64,000 nucleotides of DNA from Paraconexibacteraceae bacterium (GTDB lineage: Bacteria; Actinomycetota; Thermoleophilia; Solirubrobacterales; Solirubrobacteraceae). A model generated the notes under the pieces. The model was not told the origin of the DNA. It did no database searches and was given only the letters and a program-made list of their open reading frames with translations. The stretch is from assembly GCA_963750375.1 (NCBI GenBank), contig CAVVQN010000021.1, forward strand, positions 44,037 to 108,036. The letters run 5' to 3'. Shown here in pieces: positions 41,694 through 52,308 of the stretch. Position 1 is the first letter of the stretch. The number at the start of each line of letters is the position of its first letter. Made by a program: the position numbers and the translations under genes.

Positions 41694-42446
41694 AGGCGAC
41701 CCCGGCGATCCGCCGGAAGCTCGCGGCACTGGAGGGGACTCCGGTCAACTACGACACAGGGGCGGTCGACTTCGCCGACCCCCCGGCCGGCTGGCACGCC
41801 GACCACCGCTGCCAGCCCCTCCCCGCGGAGGCGGCCGGGGAGCCGGAGGCCCACGGGAGCTGGAATCGCCGCCGTCCACCTGATCCGCGGCTACGAGTTC
41901 GCCGACCCCTCGATCGTGCGGGCGTTCTATGACCCCGATCAGCCGCTGCTGGGACGCACGATGCTGCTCGAGCTGCGCACGTTGTGGGTCGCGCGTTTCT
42001 ACGTCGGTGTCCGCGTCGCAGCCGTCTACGACGAGACCCGGACGATGGACGGACGGTCGGCCCGCGTGTTCGGCTGGGGCTACCAGACGCTCGAGGGCCA
42101 CCTGGAGAGCGGGCGGATGGATTGGCAGGTCTGGAAGTGGCTCGACAGCGGCGAGGTCGAGTTCCGCATCCACGCGGTCTCCCACCCGGCGCACATTCCC
42201 AATCCGATCGTGCGCCTGGGCTTCATGCTGCTGCGCGGCCATGAGCGGCAGGCCTTTCTGCAGAGCACCGAGCACCGCATGCGGACGCTCACCGAGCTGG
42301 CGCTGCAGCAGCGGGGCGTCGAGGGCTCGGCCGACCGCCTGCGCCACGCCAGCGCCGAACTGACCGCGCATCACCTGCCCGACGACGACGACGCGCACGA
42401 CAAGCTCGCCGAGACCGTCGAAGAGAAGTCCCCTCCGGCGGATTGA
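41690..42446 (+). CDS. DUF1990 family protein (frameshift ~41870)
   Basis: YEFADPSIV, FGWGYQTLEGHLESG; GTGA overlap with previous gene. Confidence 0.8.
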
Positions 42447-42581
42447 TCGCCGCCCCGCTGGTCATCGAGGCCCGACGCGCACCCTCCGCGTCGGCAAGCG
42501 CGACCACCGTCCTGAGCGCCGCGCGCCCCCGTGTAGGGCGTGGAGATGTCGCGATCAACGGCACCCCGGACCCTGTGATCA

Positions 42582-42608
42582 TGGTACAGATTGCGTATGT
42601 CTGTACCA
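42582..42608. promoter_or_regulatory. Candidate TetR operator over the P450 start codon
   Basis: Perfect TGGTACAGA-N9-TCTGTACCA. Confidence 0.75.
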
Positions 42609-43991
42609 CCGGTCCGCGATCTCGACGCCCTCCCCGGTTCGCGCCTGCCGGCCCTCGTGCAGTTGGTGAGCTGGGCGTTCACCCAGCACCGGTTCTGGAA
42701 CGAGCAGACAGCCAGCCACGGTCCGGCCTTCCGCGTCCGCTGGCCGTTCATGGCCGACCGGATCGTGTGCTTCACCACGCCCGCGGCAGCCAAGACGCTG
42801 CTCAAGCTGAAGCCGTCGGTCGCCCTGGCGGGGCGTGCCTACAGGATCCTCGAGCAGTCCGCCGGCCCGCACTCGGTGATCCTGCTGGACGAGGACGACC
42901 ACCTACGGATGCGCAAGCTCATCCTCTCGCCGCTGCACGGCGAGCGCCTGGCCCGGTGGGAGGGATTCTGCGAGCAGCGCACGCTCGACGACATCGCAAC
43001 CTGGCCGGTCGGCGAGCCGATCCGGCTGCGGAAGATCACCGAGCGGATCAGCATGGCGGTCATCCTCAAGATCGTCTTCGGTGTCCGTGACTCCGCGCGC
43101 AACGAAGAGCTGCGCCAGTTGCTGCCGGTGCTGTTCGACATCCCGATCGGTGCCGCACCCGGTTACGTCCATCGTCTGGGCCGCCTGGATCTCGGTCCGC
43201 GCAGCCCGTGGGGCGCCTACCGTCGCAAGCGCGACCGCATCGACGAGATCGTCCTCGGCGAGGTCGCCGAGCGTCGCGCCGAGTTCGCTCGCGGGGAGGC
43301 GGTCGCCGGGGACGAGGCACACGCCGATCTGCTCTCGATGCTGCTCGCCGCCCGGGACGACGAAGGCCGGCCGATGACCGACCGCGAGCTGCGCGATCAG
43401 CTCGTGACGATGCTCGTCGCCGGGCACGAGACGACGTCGACGTCGATCACCTGGGCCATCGAGCGACTTCTGCGCACGCCGGAGGTGCTCGAGCGGCTGC
43501 TCGCAGAGCTCGAGCGCGGCGACACGACCTACCTGGACGCCGTCATCAAGGAGACGATGCGCAGCCGCCCCGTCGTCGCACAGATGGCTCGCTTCCTGAC
43601 GCAGGAGACACAGATCGATGGCTGGACCGTCCCCGCGGAGACGATGGTGATCCTCCCGATGACCGTGATCCACCGGGACCCTGAGGTCTACCCCGACCCC
43701 GAGACCTTCCGTCCCGAGCGCTTTCTCGACGGCAACGATCCCGGTGGCTACAGCTGGCTGCCGTTCGGAGGCGGCGTGCGCCGCTGCCCCGGCGCCAGCC
43801 TCGCGCTGCTGGAGATGCGGGTCGTCCTGAGGACGATCTTCCGGAACGTCGAGCTGGCGCCCGACCGGCCCGAGGACGAGCCGGCCCAGGTCCGCGGCAT
43901 CACGCTCGTCCCCGGTCGAGGCGGTCGCGTGATCGTCATGCGCCGCTTGACGAGGATGTCCGCGTCAGACGCCGAGGCTGCCGTCGCATGA
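42597..43991 (+). CDS. Cytochrome P450
   Basis: AGHETT I-helix, ETMR (ExxR), FRPERF, PFGGGVRRCPG heme motif. Confidence 0.96.
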   Translation: MSVPPVRDLDALPGSRLPALVQLVSWAFTQHRFWNEQTASHGPAFRVRWPFMADRIVCFTTPAAAKTLLKLKPSVALAGRAYRILEQSAGPHSVILLDEDDHLRMRKLILSPLHGERLARWEGFCEQRTLDDIATWPVGEPIRLRKITERISMAVILKIVFGVRDSARNEELRQLLPVLFDIPIGAAPGYVHRLGRLDLGPRSPWGAYRRKRDRIDEIVLGEVAERRAEFARGEAVAGDEAHADLLSMLLAARDDEGRPMTDRELRDQLVTMLVAGHETTSTSITWAIERLLRTPEVLERLLAELERGDTTYLDAVIKETMRSRPVVAQMARFLTQETQIDGWTVPAETMVILPMTVIHRDPEVYPDPETFRPERFLDGNDPGGYSWLPFGGGVRRCPGASLALLEMRVVLRTIFRNVELAPDRPEDEPAQVRGITLVPGRGGRVIVMRRLTRMSASDAEAAVA

Positions 43992-44617
43992 GCGACCTCG
44001 CCGAGCGCCTGCTCCGCGCGGCCGGCACGCCGAGCGCGAGCGAGGACGACCCGACCAGCGACACCGTCGTCGACGCCGCGCTGCGCCAGTTCGAGCTCTT
44101 CGGCATCAACCGCTCCACGATGGACCAGATCTCCCGGCGGGCCAAGATCGCCCGCGTCACGCTCTACCGCCGCTTTCCCGGCAAGAGCGCACTGGTCGAA
44201 GCGGTCATGCTCCGCGAGTTGCGCCGGTTCCTGCGCGACCTGGACGCCGTCGTGAAGCCGTTGGACGACAGCGAGCAGCGGCTCGTGGAAGGGTTCGTGT
44301 TCACCCTCGATGCGATCCGCGGCCACCGGCTGCTGCAACGACTGCTGGAGAGCGAGCCCGAGACGATCCTGCCGCACCTCACGGTGCAGGGCGCGCCGTT
44401 CATCGAGGCCGCCCGCGACTTCCTCGCGGCCCGCCTCGCCGGCGAACTGGACGATGACCGCGCCCCCGAGGAGCTGCTCGTCGTCGCCGACGTCATCGTC
44501 CGCCTGCTGCTGTCCTACCTGCTGACCCCGCAGGGACCGGTGGACCTCGACGACCCGGCGAAGGCCAGGGCGTTCGCGCTGCGATACCTGCAGCCGATCC
44601 TCGTCGGCTCTGCGTGA
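43988..44617 (+). CDS. TetR-family regulator
   Basis: DAALRQF..GINRSTMDQISRRAKIARVTLYRRFPGK. Confidence 0.93.
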   Translation: MSDLAERLLRAAGTPSASEDDPTSDTVVDAALRQFELFGINRSTMDQISRRAKIARVTLYRRFPGKSALVEAVMLRELRRFLRDLDAVVKPLDDSEQRLVEGFVFTLDAIRGHRLLQRLLESEPETILPHLTVQGAPFIEAARDFLAARLAGELDDDRAPEELLVVADVIVRLLLSYLLTPQGPVDLDDPAKARAFALRYLQPILVGSA

Positions 44618-44634
44618 CGCCCGAGACGCCCCGG

Positions 44635-44765
44635 GTCGAACGTCCATCAGCGCTCGCCGGGCTGGCGAAAACGGACGCTCGGCCGCGCCGACGCATCGGC
44701 ACGAGCGCCCTCCGAGGTCGAACGTCCGTCAGCCCGAGCCCGGCTGGCGGAAACGGACGTTCGGC
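44635..44765. repeat. Two 49-bp REP-like palindromes, family B (44635-44683, 44717-44765)
   Basis: GTCGAACGTCCRTCAGC..GCTGGCGRAAACGGACGYTCGGC twice in direct orientation. Confidence 0.85.
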
Positions 44766-44799
44766 TGCGCGGATGCGCTGGCTCCCACGACGAGCCTCG

Positions 44800-45202
44800 C
44801 TAGGCCCTTGGGACGCCGATGATGCGCTCAAGGAGACGGGGCTGCGCAGGCCACGCATCGATCAGGACCTCGCGCGGGACGGCGCGTGCGGCGTAGCGGA
44901 GCAGCAACACGACCGCAACGACATCGTCCAGCGGACCGATCACCGGAAGGAACTCCGGTATGAGGTCGATCGGAGACACGACCCAGGCGATCGCGACGAG
45001 CATCGCGACCTTGGCGCGACGCGGAACCTCGGGGTTGGCCCGTAGCCGACGCGCGGTCGTCACGCACGCCGGGAAGGAAGTCGGCCGCGTCGCGCAGCAG
45101 GCCCGGCGGCAGGCGTCTTGCGAACACCACCATTGCCACCCACGAGAGCCCCCACAGCATGAACGTGACCCCGCCGATCACAGCGAGCGACCGGAGGCTC
45201 AT
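44800..45202 (-). CDS. YkvA/DUF1232 membrane protein (frameshift ~45065)
   Basis: WVVSPIDLIPEFLPVIGPLDD. Confidence 0.88.
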
Positions 45203-45322
45203 GCGGAGGTCTTGACGCGGATCGCCACACCGCAGTCCTCAAGGGGGGCTGCACGCTCGAACCGATGGCGGCGAGGGGTGATGCGGCGGGGTCATGTCCC
45301 CGGAGCTTCCCGCCGATAGGCC

Positions 45323-45388
45323 CAACAGGCAAGACCCGCCGCAGGCGGGTGCACACGACCAGGGCTCGCCCGCGAGACCGACCGATTG
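45323..45388 (+). ncRNA. Candidate c-di-GMP-I (GEMM-I)-like riboswitch variant
   Basis: CAAC-A-GG..ACCG-A-TTG P1-like pairing, GC-AAG-ACCCGCC/GGCGGGT-GC hairpin, CTCG/CGAG hairpin; 3 nt before AGGAGG RBS. Confidence 0.35.
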
Positions 45389-45405
45389 CTCAGGAGGCAC
45401 CACCC

Positions 45406-46244
45406 ATGAAGTCCCCCGATTGACGCTCGGCATCGCGCTCGCCGCCGCGCTGGCGCTCCCCGCGTCGGCCTCGGCCCACAGCAAGCCGACGCCCAACAGC
45501 GTGCGCAGCCACATCAGCAGCGCCGACGCCGCGCTGGACCAGGTCGGCACGTTGGTCGCGGCGAACGAGAACGCTGCCGCGGCAGTCGCGGCCGCGCGCA
45601 ACCGCGTAGAGACCAACCGGGCGAACCGGGAGGCCCGCCGGCTGCGCAACGCCGGCCACCGCGCTACGCGCTGCGGCAGGTGGCCCAACAGCACGACGCA
45701 AACCTCCGGACGTTCACCGATCTCATCGGCGAAGCCACCCCCGAGATGCAGGTCGACCTCGCCAAGGCGATCGTCGGCTCGCTCGCCGGACGGGAGCGCG
45801 CGCTCGAGACCCTGACCAAGCTTTTGCCCGCGTTGCCCTCCCAAGCGCTGAAGGGCGTCACGAAGGCGATCTCGGCGCTGTCCAGCCGCGGCCCTGTGAA
45901 CGTCGACCAGCTCGCGTCCGCCGCCAAGACTCCGGCGACATCACCCCACAGGCGCAGACCTGACCTGCAGATGGCGATCGGCACCGCGGGTGTGGGCATC
46001 GCCACCGGAATGGATCGCCTCAAGGGCCTCGTCGCGATGCTCCCGGCACAAGCCCAGGGTCCTGTCCAGGCTGCCATGGACCGCGTCAACGGGAATCTTG
46101 CAGGGCCTGCTGGCCGGCCGCGCGCCGAGCCCCTCGACCGGTAAGCCGAGCGGGCAACCGATCCCCGCGGGCCTCCTGGGCCTGATCGGCAACCTGCCGA
46201 TCCCGTCAGGTCTGCTGCCGCCCGGATTTCTCACCGGCCACTGA
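45406..46244 (+). CDS. Secreted Ala-rich hypothetical protein (frameshifted)
   Basis: AGGAGG RBS, signal peptide ending ASASA, helical Ala/Leu-rich body. Confidence 0.65.
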
Positions 46245-46290
46245 CGTCCGCCGTGTCCGCGGACGAGGCACCTTCTGCCCGTCCTCGCGG

Positions 46291-47760
46291 TCATCGCCGC
46301 GCGCACGGGTGATAGGTGCGTGTGTCGACGTACCGCGCACCCGTGCTCGTGCGGACGACGATGCGTAAGCGAACCGTGGTGCCGCGATGGCGGGCGAGGT
46401 CCAAGCGGACGATGTGGCTCTGCCCTGGCGGCGGACCGCGACGCGATGTCCGGCGACGTCGCGTGCGACGGAGATGATCCGGCCGCGCCGCGGGGCCCGC
46501 ACGTGCACGGTGATGACCGGCGCGATCGGCACCGGACGAGCGGGAGCGGCAGCCGGGCTTCGGGCCGACCTTGCACGTATTCACCGGCGGGGCGCCGGCG
46601 AAGCGCGCGGAGAGGAACTCCACGGCACCGGCCTCACCGTTGGCGACTTCGCTGAAGTGCTCGCCTGCGTGCTCGACCTGCTGGACGGTCACGCCGGCGC
46701 GGCAGAAGCGCTCCATCAGCAGGCGGCTCGGCGCCGATCGGCGCGAGTTCGTCGTCGGTGGCGTGGTAGTCGTACACCGGCGCGGTCGGGACGCCGGGGT
46801 ACGTCAAGCGGGCTGGCGCGACGGAAGACCTCGGTCCACGGCGACCGGTCCAAGCGCCGTGGGGTCCTTCAGCGCGTCGCCGGCGCGAAACGCGGGGTGG
46901 CGGATCGCCGCGTCCGCGATGCAGTCCTCCTGGCTGGCAGCGACCCGGGCCTTGCCGGCGTCGTTGAGAAAGTCGGTGAGGTGGTACTCGGGGTAGGCGC
47001 GGTCCAGCCCGATGAGCCCGATGACGATCGCGCCGCCGAACGGCCGATCCGTCGAAGGCATCGAGGCCGGCGCGAATGCTCGCGTTGTTGCCGCCGAGCG
47101 CCACGCGGCGAGCGGGACGTCGGGGGCGTAGGCCGGCTGCAGCTGAGCAGCGGTGCTGCTGGCGATCGCGCCGCCCGAGTACCCCCAGACGGCCATCGGC
47201 GCCCGCTTGGATCCCTGCGGGCTCGAAGGCGCGGGCCGCGCGCAGGCTGTCGAGGACCCCGCGCGCCTGCCCGTCGCCGCCCAGCCAGGCGGAGTCCGGT
47301 CCCTCGTAGTCCGGCACGACGACCGTCCAGCCGCGCTCGACCGAGGAGGCGACGGTATGGGCGTCGGGTGTCGTGTTCGTCGGAGCGGTGATGCCGTGGG
47401 TGAGCACCCACGACGGTGAGCACTTCAGGCCCACGCCGTCCTCGGGCATCTGATAGCTGAGCACCGGCGTGGGCCCTTCCCGGCCCACGGCGTCCGGGGC
47501 ACGAGCACCGTGGTGATGTACGCCGACGCGGCCCCGGTCGAGTCCTGCGTCTTGAAGCGCACCTGCCACGCCTTCGCCGAGATCGGGAACGAGTACTGGG
47601 TCGCGGTGACCTCGCGCGCGTCGATCACCGCACCGTTGGCGAGACCGCTGATGCCGCTGGGAACCCCGTAGAACGGGTCGTCTGCCGGGGAGGACGCCGA
47701 CGCCGGGGACGGCGTGAGCCAGCATGCGAGGGCCAGACCCACGGCGAGCGCCCGTCTCAC
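46291..47760 (-). CDS. Secretory lipase (LIP family; frameshifted)
   Basis: DDPFY, CSPS, VVVPDYEG, VLDSLRAA, WGYSGG, DEL, EH. Confidence 0.88.
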
Positions 47761-47863
47761 GGGTACATGCCCTTGTCACGGGAGGCCGGGCAGGGCCCAG
47801 AGAGAAGTACCGTATGTTTCATCACTCGCGGAACGTACCAGCGCGCCCTCCCCTTTCACACCG

Positions 47864-48567
<704 letters not shown>

Positions 48568-48579
48568 CGATCGTGCGAG

Positions 48580-49161
48580 ATGCGTCGCCTGATGATCCCA
48601 CTCATCGCTGTCCTGGCCGGTGTCGTGGGCATGATCGCCGCGGCATCGATTGCGGGTGCCCGGGCGGCCGGCGACTCGGGGTCACCGGCCGCGAGTCCAG
48701 GCGCGACAACGACGTCGACAACGGAACACGCCCAACCGTCAGGTCCGCCTGTCGGCAGCCCTGAGCAACAGACGCACCCGGTGACACATCCCCGGCATGC
48801 CACGCGTCGCTCTCACGTCAGCGTGCGCTTCACGCTGAGCGACGACCCGGGCCATCACGGCGTCGTCGAGAGTGACTACCGCCTCCAGGTCGATCAGCCG
48901 GCCGGCTCCCGGGCGGCGTGCAAGGCCGCACCGCCCTCGAACGTCACCAGCGGAACGCAAGGCACCCGAGTGACTGTCGCGCTCCCGTCACCGCGCTACG
49001 GGTGGTGTCGCGGAACGTACGTCACGACGGTGTTTCTGCAGCGCGGGCCGTACTGCCCGACCCCGCAGGACGGGCAGCAGCCGCAACCGTGCCCGGCGTT
49101 CGCCTCGCAGGACCTGCAGGTCGGACGCAGCATCTTCGTCGTGGGTGCTCCGCGGCGCTGA
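48580..49161 (+). CDS. Secreted Cys-containing hypothetical protein (island cargo)
   Basis: MRRL plus hydrophobic signal, S/T/P linker, WCRGTY..GPYCP..PCP. Confidence 0.75.
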   Translation: MRRLMIPLIAVLAGVVGMIAAASIAGARAAGDSGSPAASPGATTTSTTEHAQPSGPPVGSPEQQTHPVTHPRHATRRSHVSVRFTLSDDPGHHGVVESDYRLQVDQPAGSRAACKAAPPSNVTSGTQGTRVTVALPSPRYGWCRGTYVTTVFLQRGPYCPTPQDGQQPQPCPAFASQDLQVGRSIFVVGAPRR

Positions 49162-49332
49162 CCTGTCGCGGTCTCCGCGGGTGTGGCGGTGATCCCGTGG
49201 TCCTGGCTTCACCGCTGCGGCCGCCCGACTCGGGCCGATGGCCATGGCCGGTCGTGCCCTCGAACTGCAGGCGCGGTGGAACGAGATCCCCACCGCCCAC
49301 CGAGAGCTCGAACCGGCGAGAGGGGAAGCCAG

Positions 49333-49406
<74 letters not shown>

Positions 49407-49528
49407 GTGTCCGGCGAGAGCGCTTCCACATCGGCGTCACTCGGCGAGTCCTGCTCATCGTACCGAGGTTGCTCTGTACCGGTCCGGCGCCCTCGCCGCT
49501 CCCCGGCCGCCTGCCGCCCGGCGAGCGG

Positions 49529-50026
49529 TCAGGCCGTGTCAGCGTCGTGGGGTTCCGGAGGTTCAGGCGGCGCGACGAGGCTGTATCCCTCCACGCGATA
49601 GCCGGCTGCCAGCGCGTACCGCCGCGCCTGCTCGAGCACGCGCTCGACGTTGCGGGCGATGAGCACGCAGACGGCCGCCAGCGGGATCTCGACGAGCACC
49701 GCCATCCCGATCGCGATGAGCCTGCGGTCTGATCCAGCCGCGGTGACGATGTCAAACCACGCGTCGACGATCAGCATCGTCGCCGTGAACGTCGCGGCGA
49801 TCGGCGTCCACGCGCCCAGCCTGATGACGGTGAACGCCGTCGCCAGCAGCCCGACGGCGATCCCGACGTCCAGGCCCCCCCAGGCCAGGTCCCAGTGGCG
49901 CGCGATCTGGCGGTCGGGAAGCTCGATGACGAGCAGCACCGTCCATGGGATCAGGACGAGGGTGCACGCGATGAAGAGCGCGGGCGCCCACCCGGGAACG
50001 ACCTTGCCGCGGGCTGCGTCCTGCAC
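49529..50026 (-). CDS. Four-helix membrane protein; start uncertain
   Basis: LIPWT..LP..HWDLAWGGLD..DAWFDIVT..VEIPLA. Confidence 0.75.
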   Translation of the reverse strand: MQDAARGKVVPGWAPALFIACTLVLIPWTVLLVIELPDRQIARHWDLAWGGLDVGIAVGLLATAFTVIRLGAWTPIAATFTATMLIVDAWFDIVTAAGSDRRLIAIGMAVLVEIPLAAVCVLIARNVERVLEQARRYALAAGYRVEGYSLVAPPEPPEPHDADTA

Positions 50027-50187
50027 GCGTACGCGCCGGACGAAACCGTTGAGTCTGGGCAGGCGCACGTGTTCCAATATGACAACGCCGCGGCGGGAGC
50101 GGTTGGATGTCGAGATGCTGCGGTCGGCTCCGCTCACAGGGTGAAGGGCCGCGACAGGTTCGGCCCACGACGCCAGGAGACACCACC

Positions 50188-50598
50188 ATGCCGAGGTATC
50201 TGATTCTCAAGCACTATCGCGGAGGCCCGGAGGTCCATCACCCCTTTCCTCCGATGGATCAGTGGGACCCGGAGGACGTCGAGGCGCACATGGCCTTTCA
50301 GCGCCACGTCCGTGAGCTGCTGCGTGACACCGGGGAGTTCGTCGATGCGCAGGCCCTGACCCCGGTCCGTACCTGGGTGCGCTACGGCGGCCCGGACGCA
50401 GCGCCCGTCACGACCGACGGTCCGCATCCGGAGACGAGCGACCTCATCGCCGGCTGGTTCATGATCGATGTCGAGTCGCACGAGCGGGCGCTGGAGGTCG
50501 CGGCCTACGTCTCGTCGGAGCCCGGTCCGCGCGGCGAGCCGCTCTACGAGTGGCTGGATGTCCGCGAGATCATGTGGCAGGCACCCGTCGAGGACTGA
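50188..50598 (+). CDS. YciI/DGPF family protein
   Basis: TTDGPHPETSDLIAGWFMIDV. Confidence 0.9.
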   Translation: MPRYLILKHYRGGPEVHHPFPPMDQWDPEDVEAHMAFQRHVRELLRDTGEFVDAQALTPVRTWVRYGGPDAAPVTTDGPHPETSDLIAGWFMIDVESHERALEVAAYVSSEPGPRGEPLYEWLDVREIMWQAPVED

Positions 50599-50601
50599 GG
50601 C

Positions 50602-51909
50602 ATGGCCACCGGTCCGCCGGAGCTGGGCGAGGGCGCGCTACGCGCCCTCGTCCCACGGGTGCTCGCCGGCCTGGTCCGGCGCGGCGAGAACTTCGACGCG
50701 GCCGAGGATGCTCTTCAAGAAGCCCTGCTGGAGGCCTTGCGGGTGTGGCCCGGGCATCCACCGGACGACCCGCGGGCGTGGCTGACGACGGTGGCCACGC
50801 GACGGCTCGTGGACGCCAGGCGCAGCGAAGCAGCACGCGTCCGGCGTGAGGACGTCGTCCACGCAGAGCCGGTGGCCCCATCCGACGCGGTCGGGGACCA
50901 GGTGGGCGACGACACCCTCTTCCTGCTCTTCTGCTGCTGCCATCCGGGGCTGACGCCCACCTCCCAGGTGGCGCTGACCCTCCGTGCCGTGGGCGGTCTG
51001 ACGACCCGCCAGATCGCGGATGTCTTCTTCGTTCCGGAGGCGACGATGGCGCAGCGGATCAGCCGGGCCAAGCGCCAGCTCGCCGGACCGTCCGCACCCC
51101 GCCTGGATCGGCCCGGCGACCTGGCCGTCGTCCTGCGGGTGCTGTACCTCATCTACACCACGGGACATGTGTCGCCCGACAGGGTCGACCTTGCCGGCGA
51201 GGCCATCCGGCTGGCTCGCCAGCTGACGCTCGCCACCGAGGAACCGGAGGCCCGCGGCCTCCTCGCGCTGATGCTGCTGCACCACGCCCGACGCCGTGCT
51301 CGACTGGACGGAGAAGGCCGCATCGTCACCCTCGACCGGCAGGATCGCAGCCTCTGGGACACGCGCGCCATCGCCGAAGGTGTGCGCGTGCTCCAGTCGG
51401 CCCTGGCCGTGCGGCGCCCGGGCCCCTACCAAGCGCAGGCCGCGATCGCCGCGCTGCACGACGACGCAGCCAGCGCCCAGGAGACCGACTGGCCGCAGAT
51501 CCTGGCCTGGTACGACGACCTCATCGGCTTCAGCACCACCGCAACGGGCGACGACCGCGCCGCCGAACTCGGACGCACGGTCGCCGTCGGGCATGTACGC
51601 GGCCCGGCCGCCGGCCTTCAGGAGACCGACCGTCTGCGGGACGTCCTGGGCAGCAGCCATCGGTGGCACGCCGTCCGTGGGCACCTGCACGAGCTGGCCG
51701 GGGACCAGGTGCTCGCCGGCGAGGCCTACGCACAGGCAGCACGTCTGGCGACGAACGTCGCCGAGCGCGATCATCTCGTGCGACAAGCAGCGCACGTGCG
51801 CCGCGCCGGCGCGGGAACGGAAGCGTCTGAGCCTCAGCGTGCTGAGGGCGACGACCGCCCGCGCCCCAGTTCGTCCAGGCGGGTGAGGATGAGCTCCCGG
51901 CGCGCCTGA
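50602..51909 (+). CDS. ECF sigma factor with C-terminal TPR extension (ECF42-like, DUF6596)
   Basis: AEDALQEA, LF.CCHP.L, ATMAQRISRAK, QDRSLWD, GPYQ.QAAIAA.H, TDWPQI; follows a DGPF gene. Confidence 0.9.
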   Translation: MATGPPELGEGALRALVPRVLAGLVRRGENFDAAEDALQEALLEALRVWPGHPPDDPRAWLTTVATRRLVDARRSEAARVRREDVVHAEPVAPSDAVGDQVGDDTLFLLFCCCHPGLTPTSQVALTLRAVGGLTTRQIADVFFVPEATMAQRISRAKRQLAGPSAPRLDRPGDLAVVLRVLYLIYTTGHVSPDRVDLAGEAIRLARQLTLATEEPEARGLLALMLLHHARRRARLDGEGRIVTLDRQDRSLWDTRAIAEGVRVLQSALAVRRPGPYQAQAAIAALHDDAASAQETDWPQILAWYDDLIGFSTTATGDDRAAELGRTVAVGHVRGPAAGLQETDRLRDVLGSSHRWHAVRGHLHELAGDQVLAGEAYAQAARLATNVAERDHLVRQAAHVRRAGAGTEASEPQRAEGDDRPRPSSSRRVRMSSRRA

Positions 51910-52308
51910 AGGTCTGCGTCGAGCTCGTCGAGCTGGCCGCGCCGGCGATCCACGAGCCGCCGCTGGCGCTCGACGTTGCCCAGGGCCTCCTGCAGGATCG
52001 CGACCTTGCGAGCCGGTGCGGTGCGGTCGGCGCGAAACTCCTCGCGCAGCAACGGTCGCGCCTCCTCGGCAGCCGCGAGCTCCTGCAGTTCCTCCAGCGA
52101 CACCCCGAGCAGGTCCTTCAGGCGCAGCAGGTCACGGACCCGGTCGAGGTCCTCGGTGACGTAGAGCCGGTGGCTGCCGGACTCCCGCCCACCGGTGCGC
52201 GGCAGCAGCCCGATCTCCTCGTAATAGCGGATCGTGCGCAGCCGTCGTCCCGGCCTCGCGGGCCAGTTCGCCGATGCGCATCGCCGGGCCTTCGGGTTCC
52301 GCGCTCAC
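51834..52308 (-). CDS. MerR-family regulator (frameshifted)
   Basis: MRIGELAREAG, TIRYYEEIGLL, HRLY, LGVSLEEL. Confidence 0.88.

Noticed and set aside
49295-49320. Relic of another tRNA T-arm (CTCGAACCGGCGA)
   Set aside because: The match is short and the stem does not pair properly; could be chance
51834-51909. Functional antisense overlap of the ECF sigma and MerR 3' ends
   Set aside because: A 76-bp convergent overlap with a low-complexity tail is common in high-GC genomes and may reflect an indel
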